Shown here one piece after another: positions 11,941-24,185 of a stretch of 64,000 bases of DNA (positions are counted from its first letter, which is position 1; every line of letters begins with the position of its first letter). A program made the position numbers and the translations under genes. The DNA is from Octopus sinensis (lineage: Eukaryota). The stretch covers positions 57,784,001 to 57,848,000 of the forward strand of contig NC_042998.1 of NCBI RefSeq assembly GCF_006345805.1. The letters are read 5' to 3'. The notes below the pieces were generated by a model. That model was given only the letters and a program-made list of their open reading frames with translations, was not told where the DNA came from and searched no databases.

Positions 11941-13029
11941 GTGTATGTATGTATGTATGTATGTATGTATGTATGTATGTATGTATGTATGTATGTATGT
12001 ATGTATGTGTATGTATTCGCTCGAAGCTGATGATCCACCACTTATGTCAATGCTCAGAATTTCACGCAACGCTATATTCAGTGTAGCGTCTAAGTGAATC
12101 ATCAGTTTGAAATAGACAGATATAGTCCACGCCACGTATTGATTTCTCTTTTTTTTCTCAGTTCGTGTATCCAAACACACACAGAGTTATACTTTTAAGT
12201 AGATTACATTCCTTACAAACACCATCGCAAACACGATACGAAAAAAATACAGAGAAAAGAAAAATCTACCGAAACAATGAGGTCCCTAGTAGTAATATAT
12301 ATGTTTACATTTCACGGTTGAAATAAGACGAATGATGGAATAATTAGTCTCGGAATAGTTTTATGTAGAATTCTTACGTAAGTGTCAAACTCAGTTGGAA
12401 CAGAAACATATACATTAGTAAGAGAAAAGAGGGATGCATAGCTATATCTATAAACGCCTTGTGTGTAATAATGCGTTATGCTCTAAGAAGCTACCAAGCG
12501 AAGCGTTAAGGAATTTTAAAAACGAAATAAAATTTTTGCTGAATATAGATAGAATTTATTTAAAGTAAGGCTGAACTTAGCATATTGCGATCACGTGGAT
12601 TCAATCTGGATTTTGCTCACGTTTATTTATTTATTTATTTGTTTAGTTCTGTTTTAATGTTTGCTATCTTTCACTAGAATTACATTCAAAATAGGAAAAT
12701 CTAAATAATGATCACTAAATCTCTCCTTCTCTCTACCTTTCTCTCTGTCTCTCTCTCTCTCTCTCCCTCTAGATATATATATATACTAACAGTATTAATA
12801 AAATAGGAGATGGAATGTGTAATAGACTCTTATACTTACTTAAATTTAGTTCTAGTGAAAGATAGGAAACATCACAACAGAACTAAATAAATGAATAAAT
12901 AAATATTTTATTAATACTGTTACACCAACCGCCACTACGAAGTTCCTGCAGCAAATCTACGGAAAACAACAGTTGATCGAAACTGTGCCGGTGCTTTACT
13001 CATCATCCATTGTACAATTACTCCATTAT

Positions 13030-13150
13030 ATGTATATCTGTAAATGTAATATGTGACAATTATTCGGTAGCCATGATAAAACTCCTAGTTTCGGATGTCG
13101 GAGTGGAAATCCACGCCGCCATCTCTTCTGTTATCCGGCCATCGGAAAAA
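13030..13150 (-). mobile_element. Penelope-like terminal fragment (same family as 24820-24980)
   Basis: atatgtgacaattattcggtagccatgataaaact..agtttcggat aligns with the reverse complement of 24925-24980; contains a hammerhead-like motif. Confidence 0.5.
13075..13135 (-). ncRNA. Degenerate type I hammerhead motif (U4 changed to A)
   Basis: GATAA-CAGAAGA-GATGgcggcGTGGAttTCCACtccgaCATCc-GAA-ACT(agg)AGT-T-TTATC: 5-bp stem I, long stem II, 3-bp stem III. Confidence 0.4.
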
Positions 13151-13189
13151 TGCTATGAAAATCTATGATAATCACATGAAAATCATACC

Positions 13190-13655
13190 AATACTCTCTC
13201 CAGCGTCGCCGTGAGCGGTACATCATTTGTACGATGTGGAGAAAATACCGCCAACTTTGCCCAGACGACCTGAACATTAGCTTCAAGGTTCATCCAAGAC
13301 TGGGACCACGGGCCATACGTCCCCTGCCCAATTCAAGATCACAGCATACATGTACACTGCAACATAATTTCTTTTCTTCAACAGGCCCTGTCCTATTTAA
13401 CATTGTCCCGAAAGAGAGCAAAGAGGAAAAGGATACCATCAACTTTAAACGGAGTCTGGATAGATTGCTTCAATGAATACCAGATAAGCCACCCATAATT
13501 GGATACAACTCACCCAACAAAAACTCACTACTTGAATGGACCATAAACAAAACTTGACTTAAACAGGATTCGAATAATCCTATCAGGTGGTGCTATTAAG
13601 TTAGACATGGTCTGGACCAATCTTTGGTCGAAACATATCTAAGTTATCTAAGTTA

Positions 13656-13660
<5 letters not shown>
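13190..13660 (+). mobile_element. 5'-truncated CR1-type LINE 3' end with (atctaagtt)n tail
   Basis: YSLQRRRERYIICTMWRK...LFNIVPK...FKRSLDRLLQ; 3' end ggtcgaaacat(atctaagtt)x2. Confidence 0.85.
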
Positions 13661-13731
<71 letters not shown>

Positions 13732-13761
13732 TGTGTGTGTGTGTGTGTGTGTGTGTGTACA

Positions 13762-13800
13762 TACAGGGTGGGGCAAAAGTAAGCATACAGTTATGAAAAA
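13762..13800 (+). mobile_element. Possible solo Tc1-like terminus
   Basis: TA|CAGGGTGGGGCAAAAGT resembles Tc1-family TIR starts; no partner TIR found. Confidence 0.3.
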
Positions 13801-13984
13801 AGAAAATGCATACAAAACTCAAGTATTTTCAGCAAAAGAATTGAAAGTTACAATAAAAGCATTATTATAGTTATGATAAATGTGTTATCACGATTAACGA
13901 CATTGAAAATAACAAAAGTGAGGCGATCTAATTTTATGTGCTAATAATTTTAATAAATTAATTATTCTTTTCTACTCTATGTGC

Positions 13985-14130
13985 ATGGACCGAAAATTTT
14001 GGGGAGAGTCCAGCCGATTAGATCGATGCCAGTGCACAACTGGTGTTTAGTTTACCGACCACGAAAGGATTAAAGGCAAAATCGACCTTAGCGGAATTAG
14101 ACCTCAGAACGTAAAGGCAGATGAAACACC
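13985..14130 (-). mobile_element. Family A SINE, degenerate
   Basis: aaaggcaaaatcgaccttagcggaattagacctcagaacg. Confidence 0.7.
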
Positions 14131-14246
14131 ACTATATATATATATATATATATAATATTAATTCGAGACAAAACCACTATTTTGCAAAACAAACAAGGAA
14201 AGACTTAATCAATACATAAAAAAATTTAATATAAAGAAATAAACCG

Positions 14247-14289
14247 CCACTACAATCGTTTCATGTCTTCAATGACATTCTTCAGGTGG
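14247..14289 (-). ncRNA. Minimal type I hammerhead ribozyme motif
   Basis: CCAC-CTGAAGA-ATGTC(attgaa)GACAT-GAAAC(gatt)GTA-GTGG: intact catalytic core and GUA cleavage triplet. Confidence 0.75.
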
Positions 14290-14354
14290 ATTTTCGATCT
14301 CCTAATCTGTTTTAATTTATGAATTAAATTAAAACAGATTAGGAGATCGAAAAT

Positions 14355-14397
14355 CCACCTGAAGAATGTCATTGAATACATGAAACGATTGTAGTGG
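14355..14397 (+). ncRNA. Minimal type I hammerhead ribozyme motif
   Basis: CCAC-CTGAAGA-ATGT(cattgaat)ACAT-GAAAC(gatt)GTA-GTGG: intact core; predicted cleavage after 14393. Confidence 0.75.
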
Positions 14398-14585
14398 CGG
14401 TTTATTTCTTTATATTAAAAATTTTTATGTATTGATTAAGTCTTTCCTTGTTTGTTTTGCAAAATAGTGGTTTTGTCTCGAATTAATATTATATAATATT
14501 TTACTATAAAATTGGATTTAATCCTAAATCTGATTTTTCCCTGTAAATTTGGATTTATTCCCTAACATTTATTATTATATATATA

Positions 14586-14800
14586 TGGCCCAGTGGTTAG
14601 GGCAGCGGACTTGCGATCGGAGGATCGCGGTTTCGATTCCCAGACCGGGCGTTGTGTGTGTTTATTGAGCGAAAACACCTAAAAGCTCCACGAGGCTCCG
14701 GCAGGGGGTGGTGGTGATCCCTGCTGTACTCTTTCACCACCCTAAAGGCGGTGCCCCAGCATGGCCGCAGTCAAATGACTGAAACAAGTACAAAAAAAAA
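14586..14800 (+). mobile_element. Chimeric SINE: family C tRNA head joined to the family B 3' tail
   Basis: A box TGGCCCAGTGGTTAGG and B box GGTTTCGATTCCC. At ~14741 it switches to ctaaaggcggtgccccagcatggccgcagtcaaatgactgaaacaagta, the family B tail. Confidence 0.75.
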
Positions 14801-14810
14801 TATATATATA

Positions 14811-17555
14811 TATATTATATTATATTAAATTAGAGATAAAACCACTATTAGGCAAATCAAACAGTGAAAAACATAAGCCAATACATAAAATTTATTTAAA
14901 AATATAAAAGTTAAAAATTACTTATATAATAAATTTCTTGATAAATAATGATTATTTCTTAGCTTTAATTAGCTCCTTATTTGTTGATTTATGTAATAGT
15001 ATTCTAAATATAGTAGGTGATTTATAGTACTTATTACATTAGTTTATTTTAGTTATTTAGGTTCTGTTTTTAATTATAGTTAGATTATATATAGTTGTTT
15101 ATTTTATTACTAAATATTCTATTACTAAATATTTTTTTAATAAATATTTCATGGTTTATTGAATATAGAGTTTGGTAAGTTACTATTTATTTATCTTATA
15201 ATAAAGTTAAGTTTATATATTTTGTTATATTTCTGTTATAATTTTGTTAAATTATAATTTTGTTAAATTAATCTATTTGTATGTAATCTCTTTATATTTG
15301 AAATAGATTTATTTAGTTGTTTATTTAATCTATTTTATTTAATATAGAAGTATAGATTAGTAAGATTAAATATTTAGTTTAAACTTAATGTTTACCTCTT
15401 TTTTTGTATTGAAGTATGAATATAGACATTTATATACGTATTTATTTATATGATATATGTGTTTGTGTGTGTATGTATATATGTGTATAGGTTGATGTGC
15501 GTGTATATATATATGTATATGTATATACATTTATTTATGTGTGTGCGTGTGTGGGTGTGTGTATATATGTGTATATATAGAGTATTGTATGTATGTACAT
15601 GTATGTATGTGTGTGCATATGTGTATGTGTGTATATGTGTGTATATATGTGTATATGTAAGTATGTATGTATGTATATATATATGTATACGTATGTATAG
15701 TTATACCGCAAATTTTGATAAGTATTTTAGCGATTTTGGTTATGATCACTAATTTTAGCTTATAATTATAAGAGCATTGGGAAAGACTTTATAGTACGTT
15801 GAGGAGATACTATAAAAAAATTTTTTAATATATTTATTAACCATATAAGATTTTTAGAGTATATTTAATAATTAGTGGTTTTTAATCATTCGAATTATTT
15901 AATTTATTCTGTATTAAGTATTATTTATCATTGTTATTTTATAAATAAATCTTATAGTATAGAGTGATTTTATTCTTTATTTGTGACTTCATTCTATTTA
16001 CACTTATTGATAAACCATTACTGTTCCCATTCACAATCTTCATTGGTAAAGCGTATTTGTTCCTCCCGCTTAATGAATTCTTCAACAATTTATTCTTTTT
16101 TTGCTAATAACGTAATTCCACGAGTATTCTTATAAACGCTGTAAAGACGTTTTCCGATTCAAAATTTTAGTTCATTACAAAGCCTCGCTAAGATAAGCAT
16201 TTATTTATATTTAAGATCTTTAAATTGTAAATTTTAATATTTTATAAGTCTTTGGTGTAATAATATTTTTCTTATGTAAATATCGTTGTTTATGTAATGA
16301 TCTAATTATCGTAATTTTCTATATTATTAGATTTTGAATTTAAGTTTATTCGTAAGATATTACTTAGCAATAGATTCGTTGTTTGATAGCAAGTATACGA
16401 GTTGTCTAAAGTTAGGTTTATGTATATACATGTATTAATAGTATTAAATGTAGTTTTAAATTTCTTATAATTAAAATTAGATAAACTTAGATAAACTTAG
16501 ATATGTTTCGACCAAAGATTGGTCCAGGCCATGTCTAACTTAATAGCATATCTTAGTTATTGTCTTTTTAAATTGATATTCGCTAGTTTATTCCCATTGA
16601 TAAATATATTTATAGTATTTATAGTATTTATTCGATACTATATAACTACGAATTGATTATTTCTATAAGTATTTTAAAAAAGATTTCCGAAAGTTCGCTT
16701 AAGTTTGTTTGTTTGTATTTTTGAAATTAGCTATTTCATCTTTAAATATGAAAAATTAATTTATTAGGTCTTTATCATATGTGCATATATATTTATTTAT
16801 AGAGATTATTTTAGATCTTAATTATGATATTTATATACATTTATATATTTTCATTGATAATTTATATATAATAGTAATGTTTTAAAATATATTTATGTAA
16901 TTAGATATAGACTATTACCGATATTAGATTATTGGTGGGTTTCTTACCTTAAAAATTAAAATTAATATTTAACATTATAATCGATTTTGATATAATCATA
17001 ATTGTTAAGTTTTAAGTTTCTCGTTTGATAATAGAGTTTATTATTAGTAATATTATTATATTATTTATACCTTAAAAATATTGTTTAAATATTTCTGATT
17101 ATTTTTAAAAGATCGACTGTAACCATAACTCGAATTATTAATTGAACTTAAATTATTGTTATTCGAATTGGTACAGCCATGAAACGATCGTAGTGTTTTA
17201 CTCTTTATCTTTTATTAAACTTTTAATACTTTTGATATTTATTTTTAAAAGAAATTAATAAATTAAATAATATATAAATATAAATATAAAATATACATAC
17301 ATATATATATATATTTGTATATATATATTTAAAATTTATAAGTTTAAATTATTTTAATAATTTTTTAAATTTTTTACTTTTATATTTTTTAATTAATTTT
17401 AAGTATTGGCTTATGTTTTTCACTGTTTGATTTGCCTAATAGTGGTTTTATCTCTAATTTAATATAATATAATATATTCATACTATAAAATTGGATATAA
17501 TTCTAAATCTAATTTTCCCTGTAAGTTTGGATTTATTCCCTAATATTATTATTAT
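14811..17555. mobile_element. Penelope-like element with perfect 74-bp inverted termini and an extremely AT-rich interior
   Basis: 14811-14884 is the reverse complement of 17403-17476. It shares the terminal motif aaaaccactatt and the tail with the 14149 element, and carries a half-hammerhead gaaacgatcgtagtg near 17183. Confidence 0.6.
16477..16548 (-). mobile_element. 72-bp extreme 3' end of the CR1-type LINE found at 13190-13660
   Basis: Near-identical reverse complement of 13597-13660, including the tail repeats. Confidence 0.85.
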
Positions 17556-17579
17556 TAATTTATATATATATATGTATAT

Positions 17580-17702
<123 letters not shown>

Positions 17703-17824
17703 GTGAATATATATATACATATATATGTATATATACATAGATATAGATATAAGTGTGTTTGTGTGTGTGTGTGTGTATGTATATATATACATATGTCTGT
17801 ATGTGTGTTTATGCATAAATGAAA

Positions 17825-18180
17825 CGAAAGACGAGGCTGACTGTTGGATAACGTGAGAGGTTACAACAGGTAGCCAAAAATTCAAAAAGTGATTGAGAAA
17901 ACGTAAAGACAAAAGAAGTTAACATAATAACTTATGACCTACGAAGACAAAAGTAGGCAAAGTCGACTGACGTTTCGCACGAACTCTTTATCAAAGTGTA
18001 AGAATAATATATGAAAGAAAAGAAACAGCAAATGAAGCAAAATCTGGATATCTGCGAAAACAGGTGTGTACCTTTCAGCTACATGAAGTAAAATGTGTGT
18101 CTATATATCTTGAGGTGACAAAACTGGATTGAACAGAAGGCATAGAAATTCCAAAATACCACTTGACACTTGAACAATAT
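17825..18180 (-). mobile_element. Probable Penelope-like terminal fragment
   Basis: Contains the degenerate hammerhead-like motif ACT-TTGATAA-...-GAAACGTC-AGT (17966-17997); microsatellite flanks. Confidence 0.35.
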
Positions 18181-18386
18181 TATATATACCTGGTAGGGCG
18201 ATGAATCACCTCTGGCGTCGAGTGACCATCACTGACAAGACAAAACAAGGTCGAAATCTTCTGATCTGGTGGTCTCGTGAACTGATGGTTAGCGGGGATT
18301 TAGCTCCTCCCTAGCGATATAAACATGAGTAGATTTTGCGCCATAAACCAATATTAGAATTACGGTCACGGTAACTACCGCAGAAT

Positions 18387-18610
18387 AAGGCGGTGAGCTG
18401 GCAGAAATGCTAGCACGCCGGGCGAAATGCGTAACCGTATTTCGTCTTCGTTACGTTCTGAGTTCAAATTCCGCCGAGGTCGACTTTGCCTTTCATCCTT
18501 TCGGGGTCTATAAATTAAGTACCAGTTACGCACTGGGGTCGATATAATCGACTTAATCCGTTTGTCCTCTCTGTGTTTAGCCCCTTGTAGATAGTAAAGA
18601 AATAGAAATA
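18387..18610 (+). mobile_element. Young family A SINE with 13-bp target-site duplication
   Basis: Near-consensus copy; ggtaactaccgca occurs at 18370-18382 and 18611-18623. Confidence 0.9.
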
Positions 18611-19081
18611 GGTAACTACCGCACCATAGATTGCTCTAATGCAACATCAACGTTTAAGTGGGGATAAATATACTCTAGGTCGCTGATGTATATTTTTCAA
18701 CACTAGTGAATCCACTACTTCGCCTCTTCCCACCTCTCTCTCTCACTCACTCACTCACTCCCTATCTGCCTCTCTTTATCTCTTTCGCGTTCTCACATAC
18801 ACATGTGCAAAAAGAGGGAGATAGAAAGATTGAAACACACATATGCATGACTAGATAGTTAAAATTTCGTGAAAATCGTTCCTTTTTGAACGGGACATGA
18901 AAAAGAGCGTATACCAACATTAAAATAGTCAAAGCGAACGCTCACAGGGATGTTTTCTCCATACGTACCTTACATATTTTTATATCAGTAAAAGATTTGT
19001 TTTACCGCATTCACCTTTCAATTTCACATCAAGTGACACTTATTCAAGTGTCATCAAGGATTTACTGAAAACGAATGAGCA

Positions 19082-19127
<46 letters not shown>

Positions 19128-19131
19128 ATAT

Positions 19132-19181
<50 letters not shown>

Positions 19182-19204
19182 TATATATTATATATACAAA
19201 TATA

Positions 19205-19949
19205 TGGGTAGAGGATATAAAAAATCCCAGACAAATTGAGACACGCGAACATAAAATACAAAAACAGAAAAACGAACTGTTTTCGAACAACGAAAGATCA
19301 AACAGAGAAACGAGACATGCAACATAAAGGACACTCCCTTCATCAATTGTCCTCTCTTTTATCTACTTCGTGTTACGAAGGTAAGGACAAGACGGGAATT
19401 CGTTAAAACAGTCCTTCACGCAAAGCAAATTAAATAAAATTTGGGATCTTTTGGAGAGGGTGAAAAAAGAAGCGTGACTTTCGGTCATATAATAATATAA
19501 TTAATACATAAATATATGCATATATACATACATATATGTACATACCTACATATATGTATACATGGATATATGGGTACAGGGCGTCAAAAAACGTTGACAA
19601 AATGAGACACGAGAACATAAGAAAATAGAAAACGAAATTATTTTCGAACAACGAAAAATAAAACAGAGAAACAAGACACCCAACATAAAGAACGTTCCCT
19701 TTATCAGTTGTCCCCTGTTTTATCTACTCCGCAATACGAAGGTAAGGAGAAAACGCAACTTCGTTAAAACAGTCCTTCCCGCAAAGAAAGTTAAATAAGA
19801 TTTGGGATTTTTTGCAGAGGGTGGCGAAAGTAGTAATGAAAACAGGACAGTGAGGACAAAACAGTAAAATCAAACGGTGAGAGTTTTTAAACCAAGACGA
19901 TGTGAAGTAGTGAACGCTGGAGAAAACGAGCTTGATATATATATTATAG

Positions 19950-19983
<34 letters not shown>

Positions 19984-19998
19984 TATATATATATATAC

Positions 19999-20039
<41 letters not shown>

Positions 20040-20530
20040 TAATACAAACACAAATATATATATATATATATGTACATATATATATCTATATATTTATACA
20101 TGTTTTTGTCCTTTGTTTTTTTGTAAATTCTCACTATGTATACATATGTTGCATATTTCCTTCCTAAAGACAACACGTGCTTATACCTGTCTCTTCTCAT
20201 AAGACCGTCGTCCTAGCATTCATAATAATGTTTCTATCGTCTTCGCTTAACAGCCTTCACTGTTCGTTTTTACTGTCCTGTTCTTGTTACCACTTTCAAT
20301 TTGCTTTGAGGGAAGGACTCTTTTAACGAAGTCGCGTATTGTCCTTGCCTTCGTTACGCGGATTATATGAAACAGGAACAACTGATGAAGGGGAATATTC
20401 TTTATGTTGCATGTCTCGTTTCTCTGTTTGTTTTTTCGTTGTTGGGGAAAAAAAATCGTTTTCAATGTTTTTGTTTTTATGTTTCGTTTCTCATCTTGTT
20501 CAACGTTTTTTTTATGTCCTGTACACATAT
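19205..20530. mobile_element. Three related (TA)n-embedded repeat copies (19205-19440 and 19560-19920 direct, 20245-20530 inverted), probably PLE termini
   Basis: Shared aaaacagagaaac.agaca...aacataaag...tcatca.ttgtcc...cttcgttaaaacagtccttc motif; the third copy is reverse-complemented. Confidence 0.6.
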
Positions 20531-21095
20531 ATGCATGTATATATATATACATATATATATGTAGGTATGTACATATATGTATATATGCATATATTTATAT
20601 ATTATTTATATCATATATATATCCTTCTTTTTAATGCCCCATTATTTCCATTGCATCATAGCTAACAGAATGACTACATGATCTAAACGCAGTGGGACGT
20701 TATTCATCATGTATTATCTTAATCCTTCTTCTATGCCAAGCTTTTACTTTTTTATGTAGTTATTTCGTTTTGTCCCAATTTCTTAGCAACGTATTAATTA
20801 AAATATTTTTATAATACTTTCAGCGCTATTATAATGTAATATTCCATTGTTTTTGCCTACGACTGCATTAAAATGGTTTCTGTCTGTTTTCTTGGGCAAT
20901 CATAGTCTTTGTTATTACTACAATTGTGCGTTCCAAAACTATTCTTTTTCTTATTTTTTGTTTATAGTTTGATTTCATTTCAAAGTGGAGAATCAACAAA
21001 GATGATAGAATACTGGCCAACCGGTTACAGGCTCCGACATTGTCTGTACATGAATAATATCAAGTCCACCTTCATCACGTCAAATTATATATATA

Positions 21096-21217
21096 TTGGC
21101 CTGCTCGCTTAGCCAGCGGGGTGGCGTCTTTTGAAGGGTAAAACAATGCGAAGCGCATTGTGACCAGTGATGTGTAGCAACATCTGATAGTCTGGTTGGT
21201 CACGGTGATCACGGTGA
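21096..21217 (+). mobile_element. ~120-bp short element (family E) in (TA)n
   Basis: ttggcctgctcgcttagccagc...ggtcacg.tgatcacg.tga; homologous to 26935-27056 and 50131-50249. Confidence 0.85.
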
Positions 21218-21249
21218 GATATATAAATAGATAGATAGATAGATAGATG

Positions 21250-22863
21250 CACACACACACACACATATATATATATGTATATAATATATATATATATATA
21301 TAAATAAATATTACCCTTCAGCTTTTGCCGGATTTATTCCTGCTTATTAAATTCACACACGTTACAGCAAAAAAAAAAAGGGGGGGGGAAATTCTAATTA
21401 TTTGCTCGTTAAATCTGCAGAAAATACGAATGTTTGCTTCCCTGCCGATCGACATTTGACACGTTATTTTCGTAAACTTAGCGATCAATCTCGTTGCTTC
21501 ATCTTGAATCTGAGAAAAATATCTCAGAGAAACAAACATTGGATAATATATTGTTTGATAGAGAGCAAGTAAGAGTATGGATCAAAGAGAGTGAGGCAGT
21601 TAGAAGTTTGAAAACCGAAAGGAAGGCAATGCAGCTGATAATTTCAGATCAGATAAAGCGATTGATGTGGAAGTTTTCCATAAAAGTTATATATATGTGA
21701 TATACATGTAGATATGCGTGTGTGTGAGGGAATGTGTGTATGTGTGTATATCTATAGTATATAAATACAATACACGTATATAAATATATATATATATATA
21801 ATATATATATATATATATGTATATATGTATATATATATTATGTAAATATATATTTATGTGTAGAGGCATATGTATATTTATATGCATATGTACAAATATA
21901 TTAAAATATATGGTTATGCACATATATGTATGTGTATATGTATTATTAGATATATAGAGATATGTAAGTATATATATGTGTATATATACACATATATACA
22001 TATACACACACGCACGCACACACACATACACACACAAACACATACACACACACACACACACACAAGCATGTAATATGTACATGTGTATGTGTACAATATT
22101 GTCAGTTTTCAGTATACCTTGCTATCAGAATATGAATGTTGTTGCAAAAGATCAGACGCTCCGGCACCGCGGAATATGCTAGATTGTAGAAAGCATATTA
22201 CAACCTACACATGGAGTAGTCTCTCCATACAAAGATTTAGATACGTTTCTTCAAACCAAAACATCAATATATATACATTCATACACCACACACAACACAT
22301 ACACACACACACCACACACACACACATATATATATATGTATATAATATATATATTATATATATATATAATATATATATAATAAATTTACCCTTCAGCTTT
22401 TGTCGGATTTATTCCTGCTTATTAAATTCACACACGCGTTACAGCAAAAAAAAAAAGGGGGGGGAAATTCTAATTATTTGCTCGTTAAATCTGCAGAAAA
22501 TACGAATGTTTGCTTCCCTGTGCCGATCGACATTTGACACGTTATTTTCGTAAACTTAGCGATCAATCTCGTTGCTTCATCTTGAATCTGAGAAAAATAT
22601 CTCAGAGAAACAAAAATGGATAATATATTGTTTGATAGAGAGCAAGTAAGAGTATGGATCAAAGAGAGTGAGGCAGTTAGAAGTTTGAAAACCGAAGGAA
22701 GCAATGCAGCTGATAATTTCAGATCAGATAAGCGATTGATGTGGAAGTTTTCCATAAAATTTATTATGTGATATACATGTAGATATGCGTGTGTGTGAGG
22801 GAATGTGTGTGTTGTGTGTATATCTATAGTATATAAATACACATACACGTATATAAATATAAA

Positions 22864-22908
<45 letters not shown>

Positions 22909-23397
22909 GTATATGTTATATAATTATGTAAATATATATTTATGTTATTGTAGAGGCATATGTATATTTATATGCATATGTACAAATATATTAAAATATA
23001 TGGTTATGCACATATATGTATGTGTATATGTATTATTAGATATATAGAGATATGTAAGTATATATATGTGTATATATACACATATATACATATACACACA
23101 CGCACGCACACACACATACACACACAAACACATACACACACACACACACACACAAGCATGTAATATGTACATGTGTATGTGTACAATATTGTCAGTTTTC
23201 AGTATACCTTGCTATCAGAATATGAATGTTGTTGCAAAAGATCAGACGCTCCGGCACCGCGGAATATGCTAGATTGTAGAAAGCATATTACAACCTACAC
23301 ATGGAGTAGTCTCTCCATACAAAGATTTAAGATACGTTTCTTCAAACCACAAACATCAATATATATACATTCATACACACACACACACACATACACA

Positions 23398-23438
<41 letters not shown>

Positions 23439-23440
23439 TA
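21250..23440. repeat. Tandem duplication, unit ~1.08 kb (2 copies)
   Basis: Unique segments repeat at an offset of 1075-1090 bp (ORFs 21870/22960 and 22083/23173); copies differ mostly by 1-2-bp indels. Confidence 0.92.
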
Positions 23441-23519
23441 TATATATATACATACACACACAAACATCTATATATATAAAACTCAACTTGTGTGTCTGTG
23501 TGTGTATCTGTGTGTGTGT

Positions 23520-24080
23520 CTGTGTGTTTAACTTCCCGGCACATCTCCTCCTAGCCAACAAATCGTAGAACCACTAAAAATGGGTCACTTAATGTTTAGG
23601 CGAATGAAAATTGAACTGCGCTATTTCTGTTCCGAAATTCATCTCGCAAGTGCAAAAATCGATAATGTTTGTTTAGGCCTTATCCCATGCATTGAATAGT
23701 GAACTTTACTCAGTCAGCTGTTTGACGTGAACTGTGTTCACCACGCGTGCAAGCATGCGTAAATTGCATGAAAAATAAAAAATCAAGATATAAAAAACGA
23801 ATCGCCGTAAACATTGTAGAAATTAGGCAAAGAAATGAATTTTCGGGATGTAGCCTGGAGGGTTTTTTCGTATTAATCGTTTGGACTTTGTGAACACATA
23901 CCAATTGCTTTCAAAACAATTTTAACGCTTTGAAATAAATGTGACCATTTTGCGATGAGATTGCAGTTTGAATCACTTTAACCAAACTTTAGCAGGCTGG
24001 ATTTTTGATCATCACGATACACCGCCAGCGACTCCCTGAAACTCTCCTCTGAAATCCCCGTTGAGAAAAATCTATTATAT
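23520..24080. mobile_element. Unclassified interspersed repeat (possible DNA transposon or Helitron derivative)
   Basis: CpG-richer block bounded by (TA)n and (GT)n, with an internal imperfect inverted motif aaaatg(g)gtcac...gtgaccatttt. Confidence 0.3.
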
Positions 24081-24185
24081 ATATAATAATACTTTGAATG
24101 TGACTCCTGAGAAAGAGTAAAAGTAATTATCTGATGAACGACGGGTATTACTGCTAATATAATATATATATTTGTAAGATTATAT

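Larger units (their letters stand above)
14149..14575 (+). mobile_element. Penelope-like terminus with inverted copy (palindrome 14149-14495) plus ~75-bp tail
   Basis: 171-bp arms (14149-14319 and 14325-14495), about 3 mismatches, 5-nt loop, flanked by (TA)n. The tail ctataaaattggat...tttattccctaa is shared with 17480-17555. Confidence 0.75.

Noticed and set aside
14586-14645. tRNA gene (also the heads of SINE families A, B and D)
   Set aside because: A and B boxes are present, but there is no complete cloverleaf, and each head continues into a SINE body.
20382-20410. CTGATGA followed by a stem, as a hammerhead
   Set aside because: No GAAA after the stem, so the catalytic core is incomplete.
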